Below are positions 44,401-62,764 of a DNA stretch of 64,000 bases, one piece after another. The position numbers were made by a program, and so were the translations under genes. Source of the stretch: the human T2T-CHM13v2.0 reference genome, Homo sapiens; the NCBI RefSeq assembly GCF_009914755.1, contig NC_060935.1; one strand, 5' to 3'. Position 1 is the first letter of the stretch. Each line of letters opens with the position of its first letter. The notes below the pieces were generated by a model, which searched no databases, had not been told where the DNA came from, and was given only the letters and a program-made list of their open reading frames with translations.

Positions 44401-44759
44401 CCCCCAGCCTTGGCTCAGAGCCCCACCTTTTAAATGTCCGGTAAGGTATGCTCTCTTTGTTTTTGGTTTGGTTTGGTTCTTACAAAAAGAACTTGACTGT
44501 TTAAGTTTAGTCCTTGTTAATAACTTAGTTCAAGCATTACCAATTTTTTGTATCCCAGTTATTCATAAAATTGCCATATATATATATACATCTATCTATA
44601 TATTTATATATTTTTTAAGAGACGGGGTCTTGTCGCCCAGTCTGGGCCTCAAACTTGGGCTCAAGCAGCCTCCTGCCTCAGCCTGAAGAGTAGCTGGGAC
44701 TACAGCCCTGTGCCCCCCAGCCACCACGCCCAGGCTACCTCTTTATTTTATTTTATTTT

Positions 44760-45410
<651 letters not shown>

Positions 45411-45489
45411 TTTTAAACCAGTTTCAACCACTCAAAGGGCCACAAATGGGCCTGTTTTCGCTTTTGTTTGTTTAATCTTTGATTCCTCT

Positions 45490-46500
45490 AGCCATTTCTC
45501 TGACTCTGACCTCGTTCCTGAGCTCTAGACCTTTATCTCCAACTGCCAGCCACTGGCCTTCAATCTGGCCGTCCTGCTGCAGACACCTCAAACTCAGTAA
45601 ATCCTAACTTAAATTCATTATCTTTCCCTTCATGTCTGCTCCATCTTCTATGGCTCTAAATCACTAAATGACAAGATGTGAAACAGATGTCTCATCCTCA
45701 ACTCCTCCTATTCCTTTGCAACCCCCCAACCCTCCACCTTACACAGAGTGACCAAATTCTGCTTATTAGGATACTTCCTATTTCGCCTAGTCATTATCTT
45801 ATTGCATTTCAATGCCCACTAGGCCCTAATCATCTCAGTACATGCCAACCCAGCTTAATACCGCTACGTTAAGGTAGACTGCAGCAGACTCCCAAAGCGC
45901 CTCACTGTTTCCAGTTTACCTCTCCCAAAATCTAAGACCAACTGTTGATCTTTTAAAAATGCAAATCTGACTATGCCTAAAACACATTCCAAAAATTAAA
46001 GCTCCTTAAATTGGATCTCACCTTTCTCTCCAGCCTCAACTTGCCCCCAACTCTCCTCCATCACCACTTACATTGAAGCTTCAGCAAAGCAAACCTCTTG
46101 TTCTACTCCCCTACACCATTCTGTATGTTTATTCACGCTGTCCCTACTGGCAGGCTTATACACTCCCAAAGTTGACCGGGCTAACACTCCTTCTCTTAGT
46201 GTGAGGCTCAATTCAGGAAGCCTTCTTTGTTCAGCCTCACCCCTATTTCTCACCACCAGATTTGATTAACTACCTTCTCCTGTGTGTTCTATATATCCCT
46301 CCAAATAAACTTCTTATTACTATCCTAGCCACATTGAATATAATTACCTATTTTGTTTTGCTAATGTTTTAGTTTCTGCTTCCCCCTTCTAATTGTAATC
46401 TACCTGCGGGAGAGACAATATCTAACTGATCTCTTTATTCCCAATGCCTTCTACAATGCTTGGCACATGTCAGTCAATTGGTTGGTTACATAAATAGCCA
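45490..46500 (+). mobile_element. L2 fragments
   Basis: Degenerate L2 motifs (acacctcaaactcag; acaatgcttggcacat). Confidence 0.6.
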
Positions 46501-47608
46501 GAAGCTACAGACCCATCAACCCTTAAAGGGAATTAGGCAGTTAGGCTGCATCTTTTCTGACCCAGCTGAATTCTCTGGAGCGTGCCTCCCAGTAACCAGT
46601 TAGAAGGATCTGGCAGTATCCTGAAGAGAGATTGTTAGCTTGGATGATGGGTCAGTGATAGTGTAGAGGGAGAGATGTCGATTGAAACTTGAGATATTTA
46701 CCCTCTCCCTCCTAACTTCCATTCTGGACCCTAGCTTAACGCTTGACAGAACAGTAGTAAACTGTTGGCACCCACTGAGTGCCACAAAAACAATCTTTGT
46801 GATATGAAGATTTTTTGAAACTCCATTTTGACTGCTTCTTGAGAGAGTTTCCCTGTTTCCCTCCTCTCTTATCAACAGACAATGAAATAAGCTCTGGTGG
46901 TTGGTCCCAAGTTTGAGCATATACAGGCCTGATGCTGTTACTCCTGCTTTTAAAGGTACATCAAAAAGCAAGACAAACAAAACTAAAGCAGGTAAAACAG
47001 AATATAAAAAATGGTACCAAAGAGTTTATCAAATAAGTGAAATTGTAACATTCTTATTTCAAAGTATATAAATATTCAATTAATCTCTGTAGGAGGCTTC
47101 AACCCTGGCTGTTAAAATCAGTAATGAAGGTAGACTTGATGACCTGATGTGGTTTCTTAAAAACCACAGGTTCCCACTAATATCTGGGAAAGATTTTCTC
47201 CCAGCTGTATTGTCCCAACAGCCAACAGAACTGACTCAATTTTGTAGGCTCATTATTTAGCTAATTAAATGATCCTTTTCCAGTAAATATTGTTTAAAGT
47301 CTGGTGGGTTTTGTCTAATCCTAGGCAAAAAGTGTAATAAACTCAAATAAGATTGTGTTAAGACTCAGTTTTAAAAAAAATCCTCTTTCAAAACTGCAAA
47401 CTGTATGCTAGTCATTTCTTCAAAACTCCAGCTTTATTCTGGAGAGTAGTCTCTTAGTCTAATAGTTTCCATGAGGAGCAAACCAACTTCAGATAAAGTT
47501 TTTTTTTTTAGTAATCATTGTTGCATTATCATCTTTTGGAGAATTCTGCTAAAAATAACAATTCGCTGTAGTCCATAAGGCCCTATTTCAAATATTTTGC
47601 AAACGTGT

Positions 47609-47611
<3 letters not shown>

Positions 47612-47644
<33 letters not shown>
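47612..47644. repeat. (CA)n microsatellite
   Basis: Read directly. Confidence 0.95.
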
Positions 47645-47645
<1 letters not shown>

Positions 47646-47797
47646 ATTCGCTCTTTAAACATCTAAAATGGCACATGTTCACCTAGGCCTTCGTGTATAG
47701 GAAAGGTTTCTCAGCTAGTAATGTTATAAAAACACAGCCAATTTCCAACTTTCTCTGCTGCCTGAAGCCTAGGCAATAGTCATCCAACCCTTTGTAG

Positions 47798-48191
<394 letters not shown>

Positions 48192-48436
48192 TAAGAGGCT
48201 ACTGCGCCCGGCCTAGTCAAGGGTTGTTTTAAGAGGCAGTAATTTAAATCTACACAATGATAAAAGTGACATAAAGAAAGGGATAAACTCAGGACCTGTG
48301 GAAGCATATGGCACCTCGCTGTTGAGTGCCAGCTTCTGATTTCTCTTTCTTGGCAGCATGCTGAGGCTTGCCAGACCCTAGTCAACAGGGCAGCAGCAGT
48401 GTATCAAACCCAAAGTTTGGACATTATATTTGCTAA

Positions 48437-48815
<379 letters not shown>

Positions 48816-49334
48816 TGGTTATATATGTTGTAGTTCTTGTTGGAAGGCCATCCTCCCTCATGAATCTCCTATTAAGTGAAAGGTCATTGAAATTAATACA
48901 TTTGCTTTTAACACACTCATGATGAAGAAAAGTTGAACTACAAGTTGAAAGAGATACTAAATAGTAATATTAGGTGCTTAATCCCTCAGCAGCTTAACAG
49001 GAAAACAAAAAGAGGCCCAGGTTTTCGAACAAAGTACCCTCAAGCAACTTCAAATGGATACAAGTTTTTAAAAATCAGTGTTTGATTGACATTTGATTCT
49101 ATGGCCAGAGACTAGTTACTGGCTAAGATGCTTAAGCACAACTCAGACTCCCAGTTATTGATTCTTCTGTAAAACCTCCCTTTTAGTGCCAGTGAAAGAG
49201 AGTTGTCGTAGTCTCCTAACAAACCAGGTAATTTCGAGCATTATAAAATAGAACTGTATTTGCCATGTGCCAGGGATTGTATTAAATGCTTTACATACAT
49301 TACTCTTTCCTCAGAACCACAAAAGTAGGTACTG

Positions 49335-49457
49335 TTTTGTTTTGAGACAGGGTCCTGCTATGTGGCCTAGGCTGGTCTTGAACTCCTGAGCATAAGCAAT
49401 CCTCCTGCCTCAGCCTCCCAGTAGCTGGAATTACAGGTGCTTGTCACCATGTCTGGC
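49335..49457 (-). mobile_element. FLAM/Alu monomer inside a MIR (about 49260-49590)
   Basis: Single Alu arm flanked by MIR core sequence. Confidence 0.75.
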
Positions 49458-49611
49458 TCTGGTTCTATTATTATACTCAGTTTCTGGATCTGGAAACTGA
49501 AGCTCAGAAGGGTTAAGTAGCTTCTCCAAGGTCACAAACACTGTGACAGAGCCAAAATTTAAACACAGCACACTTGATTCCAATTACACTGTACTGCGTT
49601 GTTTCCTTTAG

Positions 49612-49830
49612 GCCTTTGCTATCCGGTAATGTAGCTACCAGCCACATAATGAACCAGTAATATAGCTACTAGTCCAGTAATGTAGCTACTAGCTATTTAA
49701 ATGTAAATTAATACAAAGTAAATAAAATTTAATATTCAATTCCTTACTGACTAGCCACAATTCAAGTGCTTAATAGCCACATGTGGCTAGTGGCTTCCAT
49801 ACTGGACAATGCAGATATAGAATCCATTAT
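49612..49830. mobile_element. MER3/MER33-like hAT-Charlie element
   Basis: agccacaattcaagtgcttaatagccacatgtggctagtggc...actggaca. Confidence 0.75.
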
Positions 49831-50184
49831 TGCAGAAAGTATATTTAGAATCATAAGTAACTGGGATATTCTCTCTTTCTCTGTCCTGATAATGCAAATA
49901 ACACAAATTACCTTGGCACTTTGTCAGAAAGTTCAATTTCAAATTTAAGCTTAAGTATGGCAATACCTTAGCCCTTGTGATCAACATATTCATGCCCATC
50001 TTTTTCTTGGTCCTGACTTTCTACCTGTATTTACTTATTATTGTTTCATTGTAGATATTCATGTTATAGGTTTTCTCCAATCCTTGTGGGAAAAGGCAGA
50101 ATATAAATATAAATAAATAAAAATCAGGACACATGGTCTGATTTTTGTGTGACTTCTTAGGATAAGATACAGACTAGGACTCAT

Positions 50185-51335
50185 GAGCTATCTATATGCT
50201 GTCCATAGGAAACTCACTTCATGGATAACAATATAGGCAGGTTGAAAGTAAATGGATGAAGAAAGTTATACATGCAAACATGAATCAAAGGAAAGCAGAA
50301 GAGGTAACATTAATCTCAGATAAATTGGACTTCAGAGCAAAGAAAATTATAAGAAACATAGAAGGACATCATATAATGATAAAAAGGTCAGTCCACCAAG
50401 AAGATGCAGCAACCCTAAATGTGTGTGCAGTGGACAACAAAATTGCAAAATACATGAACAAAAAACTTATAGGACTGAAAGAAGAAATAGACAAATCCAC
50501 AGTAATAGTTCAAGTCTTGAACACTCATCTCTCAACAGTTGATAGAACAAGGAAACAGAAAATCGGGAAATACATAGAAAAACAGAACATCAACCAACAA
50601 GCTCTAATTAATAGTCATAGAACATTCTTTTCAACAACATCAGTGTGTAGTTTTTTTTTTAAGTGCTAATGGAACATATAGAGGTATAGCATATTCTGGG
50701 CCTTCAAATGAGCTTCAACAAATTTAAAGGATTTAAATCATACAGTCTATTTTCTGACCATAGAATCAAACTAGAAATCATGACAGGAAGAAAATAGAAA
50801 AATCTACAAACATTAGGAAACTAAAAAGCATAGTTCCAATAATACAGAGGTCAAAGGACAAGTCTCAGTGTAAACTTTAAAAATATATGGAACTGAATGA
50901 AAGTGAATACCACATATAAAATTTGTGGGACACACCTAAGGCTATGTTGAGAGTGAATTTTATAGGATTAAATGCATAAACTAGAAAAGAAGAAAATCTC
51001 AAATCAATAATATGTTTCTACCTCAAGAACCTAGAAAAAGAAGAGCAAAATAAAGCTAAAGCAAGTAGAAGGAAAGAAATAAGGAGGGAGTGGGGGAAGC
51101 AGGGGCAGTGGGTATGGCTATAAAAGGGCAAGATGAGGGATCCTCATGGTGATGCAGAGGTTCTGCATCTTGACTGTATCTTAAGATATTCTACTATGGT
51201 TTTGCAAGGTCCTACCATTGGAGGAAACTGATAAAGTGTTACCATTGGAGAAACTACCACTGGTGGAAGCTCTCTCTGTTATTTCTTACAACTGCATGTG
51301 AATCTACAAGTTATCGAAAAATAAAAAGTTTAATT
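50185..51335 (+). mobile_element. L1M ORF2 endonuclease region plus L1MC-type 3' end
   Basis: ORF 50256-50669 translates as degenerate L1 EN (LISDKLDFRAKKI...GHHIMIK). Confidence 0.85.
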
Positions 51336-51706
51336 TAGCAAACAACAGAGTAGACTTTACGACACATAAGTGAAAATGATAATTATCCAAAATATATAAA
51401 GAATTTTAACCAAAAAATACACAAAAAAGGTAACAATAGAAACAATGAGGAAAAGATTTGAAATGATACTTTACAAATGGGTAAAAGTACAATGAAATAC
51501 TATTAATATTACACACACACTAGATTGGTTATAATGAAACAATTTAACAGTATCAAGTGTTAGCAAGGTTGTTGAGCAAAGTATCCTTCCATACTAGTGA
51601 CACCTGTAAATTGGTACAACCCCTTTGGGAAACTCTTAGACATTACCTTAAAAATTGGAGAGCTATATGCCCTGTGATGATTCAGTAATTCCACACCTAA
51701 GGTATC

Positions 51707-52145
51707 TGTCTTAGTCAGATTTTCTGTTGCTGTCAAGGAATATCTGAGGCTGGGTAATTTCTAAAGAAAAAAAAAAGTGTATTTGGCCCTTGGTTCTGCA
51801 GGCTGTACCAGAAGCATGGCACCAGCATCTGCTTCTGTGGAGGGCTTCAGGCTGCCTCCACTCACAGTGGAAGGGAAAAGGGAGAAGACGCACACAGAGA
51901 TCAAACGCGACAAGAGCCAGAAAGCAAGAGAGAGAGGAAGAAAGTGCCAGGCTTTTTTAAACAACCAGCTCCCACGGGAACTAAAAGTGAGAATTCATTT
52001 ACTCCCACCAAAATGAGACCAAGCCATTCACGAAGGATGTACCCCCATGATCGAAACACCTCCCACCAGGCCCCACCTCCAACACTGGGATCACATTTCA
52101 ACATGAGACTTGTTGGGGCCAAACAAACAATATCCAAACCATAGC
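51707..52145 (-). mobile_element. MST (MaLR) solo LTR
   Basis: tgtcttagtc...ctgaggctgggtaattt...ggccccacctccaacactggg...ccaaaccatagca. Confidence 0.85.
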
Positions 52146-52361
52146 AATCTCCTAGATATAAATTTGTGTTTATGATACATCAGGATAAATATATAACAAC
52201 ATTCATAGCACCATTGTTCGTCATAGCCTCAAACAGGAAACAACCCAAATGTTTATTAACAGAAGAATGGAAAATATCAGCATATTCATATAATTGAATA
52301 ACATGGAGCAAACAAAGCCAAAAGATGAGACAGCACACATACTAGGCTTTCTAGAATAGCA

Positions 52362-53182
52362 TTGAAGAAAACCAACATATTTCTCCCCCAAATATTGAGA
52401 ATTGTTAAGTCAAAGTCACTGAAAACACAGAGGAACACTCTGTCTCAGCTTCTACTCGCCTGATGGCAGAACGTAAGTCCTTCCTTACTACAAACAGCAC
52501 TTGCTTATCCACCTAGAGAAGGCACTAGCAGGCACAGAGAAATCTGGGAACATTTTCCCAGAAACAGATTTCCCAGAAATCTTCCCACATTTTCACACCT
52601 CTTAAAAGACAGCTGTGCTCTTCTCTGTCTTGCCATTATGGGATTTATTACTCTTTGTTAAAATGCTATTTAAACAAGGCTCCTAAACCACTGCTTTGAG
52701 AAAGATACTTTTGAACTGAGCCCCCTCCCATATAATGTCAACGTATGTCAAACTTCTGATGATTTTTCTCTTGTAAATCTGACTTTGGTTTTGTTTTTTG
52801 TTTTTGTTTTGTTTTGTTTATTTGAGACGGAGTTTTGCTCTTGTTGCCCAGGCTGGAGTGCAATGGTGCTATCTGGGCTCACCACAACCTCCGCCTCCCA
52901 GGTTGAAGTGATTCTCATGCCTCAGCCTCCTCAGTAGCTGGGATTACAGGCATGCACCACCACGCCTGGCTAATTTTGTATTTTTAGTAGAGATGGGGTT
53001 TCTCCATGTTGGTCAGGCTCATCTCGAACTTCCAACCTCAGGTGATCCGCCTGCCTAGGCCTCCCGAAGTGCTGGGATTACAGGTGTAAGCCACCATGCC
53101 CGGCCCTGACTTTGGTCTTAAGGAGAGTGTCTCAACTAAGAATTTATATGGGTCAAAAAAAGAATTATATTATCTTCCCTTC
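52362..53182 (+). mobile_element. ERV1-type solo LTR interrupted by an AluS (52788-53105, minus; TSD ctgactttggt)
   Basis: LTR-like start (tgaagaaaaccaacatatttctcccccaaatat) and U5-like end on either side of the Alu. Confidence 0.6.
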
Positions 53183-53184
53183 AG

Positions 53185-55905
<2,721 letters not shown>

Positions 55906-56690
55906 TGACCCACCAACATTCCCAGCCATTGGTGTACACATACCTTCTCCCAGTTATTCAATCTAGGTACTGTGGTGAAGGGGTTTGCAGATGTAATTAA
56001 GTTCTCCAATCAATTGACCTAGAAATAGGGATTATTTAGGCAAGCCTGATCTAATCACATGAACACTTTAAAAGTTTTCTCAGGCTTTCCGAGTCCTGGC
56101 CCACGGGCGTTGGGTATGAGCAGCGCCCTCCGCCCTCCGCCCTAAGGGTTCGTGGCCCACCGCTCCTTCGCAGTCCCTGCCGCCACCGTCCACGCTCTGC
56201 GTTGTAGAGAAGACAGTGGGTCGGAAGAGCGCCATCGCCGCCAGTGTATGTGGGGCCCTTTTTATCAGGTACTGCATCTACTTTTACCACAAAAGACGAA
56301 GTGACCCCAATTTCAAGAACAGGCTTCGAGAACGAAGAAAGAAACAGAAGCTTCCCAAGGAGAGAGCTGGGTTTTCCAAGTTACCTGACCTTAAAGATGC
56401 TGACGCTGTTCAGAAATTCTTCCTTGAAGAAACACAGCTTGGTGAAGAGTTACTAGCTCAAGGTAAATATGAGAAGGGTGTAGACCATCTGACAAATGCA
56501 ATTGCTGTGTGTGGACAGCCACAGCAGTTACTGCAGGTCTTACAGCAAACTCTTCCACCACCAGTGTTCCAGATGCCTCTGACTAAGCTCCCAACAATTA
56601 GAGAATTGTAAGTGCTTAGAGCTTGGCTGAAGATGATGTGGAATGAGAAACAAATGTCAACATAATAAAATCTCAGTTAAAAATATTTAA

Positions 56691-57090
<400 letters not shown>

Positions 57091-57851
57091 TTACTTTGTG
57101 TAGATCCATTTGTCTATTTTTTTCCCAGTGAAAAGTATATTTTGATAGAGAACTTTTCATTTTATAAATACACTATGAGTTACTGAAATATTATGGATTT
57201 TGTTTATTCCAGAAACATAGTTAAACTTTACATATGACATGGCTTATGTTAAAAATACCCAGTGGTCAGTTTTGAAAATAGGCAAAAAAAAAAAAAAAAA
57301 GTATAGGAGAAACTGAAGAATGCACACTTTTTTAGCTCATACATTTTGCTGTAAATCCGGAAATTTGGTAAACTTGGTTGTGTTTGTGAAAACTAGCATT
57401 AAAATTTTTGAGCGATCATTTATTTCCATTTAATCTCTTAGACATAAATATGTGAGGTATGCTGCTGTCCTGTGTTAACAACTTCATTCACTTTCTGTAT
57501 ATCGGTCTTGAAATGTTTTGTTTAAATCAGTGGGCTTAATGTGTTCTAGGTATTTACCTCCTTGGATTTTAAATACATGTAGTTGCAAATAGCACCAGGA
57601 ATTAGAGCTATGTACACCCCTAATCTAGCCTTGTAAGATTCACCAGTTCCTGTGTGCTCACTTTCCCTCCATTTTTTACATGAGAGAATGCGTCCACTGA
57701 TCACCAAAGTGTCCCTTTCAGCTTCTGATTCACTGGGTTCTGATGAGCATCTTTAAATCCACCTTAACCTAAGGAATGTGTGTGGGCAACCAGGCTTTGC
57801 GTTTTTTTATATTCTGAATTTTGCATGCTTGCCTTAGTATTTCCGAATTGA

Positions 57852-58183
<332 letters not shown>

Positions 58184-59974
58184 TGATCTTTTTTTAATGG
58201 TATAACTATCTTGTTGATTTTCACTGAAATTATATGGTTCTGTCACTTCTCTGTAAATTAATCTGAAACTTTTAAGGTAACTGGGATGATCTGCTTGTAA
58301 AAATGTTTGTTGACTTTTGCTTTTATCATCGGTGTACCAAATCCTACTTCAGCTTGATTAATTTATCTTGTTAAACGATGAGAGTAAGTTACAACCTTGT
58401 GACTGAAAACTTGAAAATAATGGAGCAGGTGGGACCTCTTATTCTCAAATAGTGACATATTCTCCGTAGTCACAGATTCCATTTCAGAATTGAGTAAGGA
58501 TCCTTGGTATTTGGTGGCATCTGTTGAACTGAGTAGCATTTCTCATTGTAAAGACTGCCTTTATTCTGTCTAAAAGTCTGTGGAGAGATCCCAAAGACTT
58601 TTCCTGTGTACTAGGCATTTTATTTTGGTTTACTTACAAACTCTTCTTAATCGTTATTAACCTTGGGTTTTTGTGGTATAGTGGAAGGAGAAATCGTTCT
58701 AGTTTCTGCCTCTGATTAGCCGCACAGCCTTGAGCAAGTCACATTTCATCTCTGATCTTACCTCTACTATTAGACTAGGTGACTCACATTTGAGGACCTT
58801 TCTCAGGTATCTTGAGGGTGTGTGATCTTGAACCCTTAAACAGTGCCTTTTTGGTGACATAGGATGCTTTTGGCAGGGGGGATGACCAGTGCAAACATGC
58901 CAGTTAGTTTTACTAGTGGGATCCCAAATCCAAAGCAGTGTAGTGGTGATTGGTCAGTGATTAACCAGTCAGCTAAAAAGTCTTAGGCACCAGCCCAGAT
59001 GTATATAGAGGGGCAGTTAGAGAGAAAACAGGGGTGGGAAAGGGAGCAACGGGCAGACAGCTCAGCATGGAAAAAAGGGGCTCAGAAAAAGGAGGGCTGG
59101 CTGGAGGAGTGAAGAGCAGCTTAGGTCTGGGGAGGGTAGAAACACCATTTCCTTGGGAACTGGAGTGCAGCATGAGCTGAGTATCACTTGGCTCTAAACA
59201 TACTGGCTTTGCTGTAATCCTTGAAAAGACAGTGATATCTTCATTTTACAGCTCATTAAGCCAAGTACATGTTCTTATTTAAATGACAACTTTGGTGCTT
59301 TAAAATGAGGTACTGCTTTTTTTAAAGCCAGCTGTGTCAAGTTAAAGAAAAAAGATCAGCACTTTTTTCTCCCAGAAATGTAATCACCAAACACTATCCG
59401 TTCCCATCTTGAGTTTTACAAGGTGATAGAATCAGGTCGTTGTAGTGATGCTGGCCAAATGGTGCTCAGCAAGTGAGAACGAAAAAACCCCAAATTTCAG
59501 TGGAGTAATAAACAGCTTGAATGTTTCCATGTGCTAATGTGGCACACTTACTAAAAACAAAAACTTTGGAAATGGGAAATAATGTATTAGTGCAACAGTT
59601 GACATGCTTCTTTGGGCAAAGATCCATTGTTTTGGTCCACAATTTGTACTTAGGGTGAAAGAACATTTAAAACATAGACTTACTGGCTGTAGCAATGCTG
59701 GGCCTGTTAACTGATAACTAGAACTTAGGTTCACATTTATGTAACGTGTGTAAAACCTAGTGGAACGTGCATAATAGGCAGTCAGTAAATGTTTGGTTCC
59801 TTTTGCCTCTCAGTAAGTTTATTTTACCAACTTCCTGCCTGCCATTCTGACTTTATTAAATCAACCTGTGGACCAGAGTGTTAATGAAATGTTACTGCAG
59901 AAGAGATTAGAAAATTGGTATATCATGCACATATCATAGACAATCTTTTTGTAATGTAAAAAATGCAGTTTTAG

Positions 59975-60287
<313 letters not shown>

Positions 60288-61303
60288 TTATTATTGCTTG
60301 TGCCTCAACTGTTTAAGTGAATATTAAGGGGCTTGGAGAAAAAAAAAAGTTTTCTCTGGCTAGTTGCAGAAGCAAAGTCAGAGAGATATGTTCTAGCTGA
60401 CCTGGAAGAAAACAAACATGCATTTTGTGAGTTGCCTATGGGAGTCATGTGGCAAGAAACTGCAGGCATCCTTTAGGAGCTGACAGCTAGCATGAAAATA
60501 AGATCTTAGTCCTACATCTATAAGGAAATGAATTCTACAAATAACCAGTGAGCCTGGAAGGAGGCTCCCAGCCCCACGTGAACCACAGCCTGAACCAACA
60601 CCTGGGGGATTTCATTCAGCCTGATGAGGCCCTGAGCAGAAAATTCAGCCATGCTGTGCAGACTTCTGACCTATAGAAACTATGAGATAATTTGTGTTGT
60701 TTTAAGCCACAAAGTTTATGGTAATTTGTTATGTAGCAATAGAAAACTAACGCAGGTAATAAATGTATTCAGGACATATAGAATTAGACAAGCTGCAAGT
60801 ATCTATGAATAGAGAGTTTCAGGGTTCTCTTGCCTTCATACTCTGCAGGCAGTAAAAGATATAGGAATGTGTTGTGTTAAGATGCCTGGGCATGAGGAAT
60901 GTTCCACTGTCTGAATGGGTACCTAGATATCCTAGTAGTAAGCAGTCATTCCTACAGAGTCTAAATTGTGTTGGAAAGTTCACAGGACAACCAATGCTTC
61001 TGTCTTAACACCTAATGAATCAGACAACTCTAAGAATCCAGAGGGGTGATCATTAATGATTCCTCAGTCCTCATCAGACTTACCAGTTTACCATCACTGT
61101 CTTAAAATCAGGGTACAGTCTTTGGGTTCTCATCACTCCTGTCTCCTGGATGGGCTATACCATCATCTAGCATTCTCTATATCTCACCCGTAAACTGTCC
61201 TTTCAGCAACTGCATGGAGGCACTCCTGTACCTTTGGGGTTTTTTCCCCCAATAAAACAACATTGGGGGTCACCAATCTCATCACTTTTGACCCCTTGAT
61301 CTA

Positions 61304-61671
<368 letters not shown>

Positions 61672-61698
61672 GCTGTCAACTTAGTTGGTCTCCCTTAA

Positions 61699-62042
<344 letters not shown>

Positions 62043-62049
62043 CCGAGGG

Positions 62050-62470
62050 GTGACAATTTTATGAGTCAACTTGACTGGGACATGGGATGCCCAGATGGCT
62101 GGTTAACTGTTACTTCTGGCTGTGTCTGTGAGGGTGAGTTCAGAAGAGGGGCACATTTGATTTGGTGGACTGAAGAAAGCTGGTGGCACGCCCCAGCATG
62201 AAAGGGCATCATCCCTTCTGCTGATGGACTGAATGGAACAGAAAGGCAAAGGACGGTTGAATTTGCTTTCTGCCTGTTTTGAGTTGAGACATTGATCTTC
62301 TTCTGCCCTCAGAGCTCCTGTCCTCAGTCCTTCAGACTCAGACTGGAATCTACTCCATGGGCTCCCTGGCTCTCCAGCCTTCAAACTATGCCACCAACTT
62401 TGCTGGGTCTCAAGCTTGTGGAGCAGATCCCAAGAGTTAGCCTCCATAATCACATGAGCCAATACCTTAT
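62050..62470 (+). mobile_element. MLT2 (ERVL) LTR
   Basis: aattttatgagtcaacttgactggg...ggatgcccagat...cagcctccataatcacatgagccaatacctta. Confidence 0.85.
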
Positions 62471-62471
62471 A

Positions 62472-62764
62472 CAGTAGTCCCCGCTTATCTGCAGGAGATA
62501 TGTTCAAGACCTCCAATGGGTGTCTAAAACCATGGATAGTACCAAACCCTGTATACACTGTTTTTTTTTTTCCTACACATATAGACCTATAATAAAGGTT
62601 AACATATTAGGCACAGTAAGAGATTAACAACAGTAATAAAATAGAACAGTTATAACAATACATTATAATAAAACATGTGAATGTGGTCTCTCTCAAAATA
62701 TCTTATTGTTCTGTGGGTTACTAAAACCACGGAAAGTGAAGCAGTGGATAAGTGGGGCCTACTG
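62472..62764. mobile_element. MER44A-like (Tigger7-derived) element
   Basis: TIRs cagtagtccccgcttatc / gataagtggggcctactg with TA duplication. Confidence 0.85.

Noticed and set aside
44282-44686. 134-aa + strand ORF at the promoter
   Set aside because: It runs through GC boxes, low-complexity AT sequence and an Alu monomer, with no recognisable homology.
50256-50669. 137-aa endonuclease-like ORF
   Set aside because: Degenerate old L1 ORF2 fragment; catalytic GDFN-like motif altered and ORF truncated.
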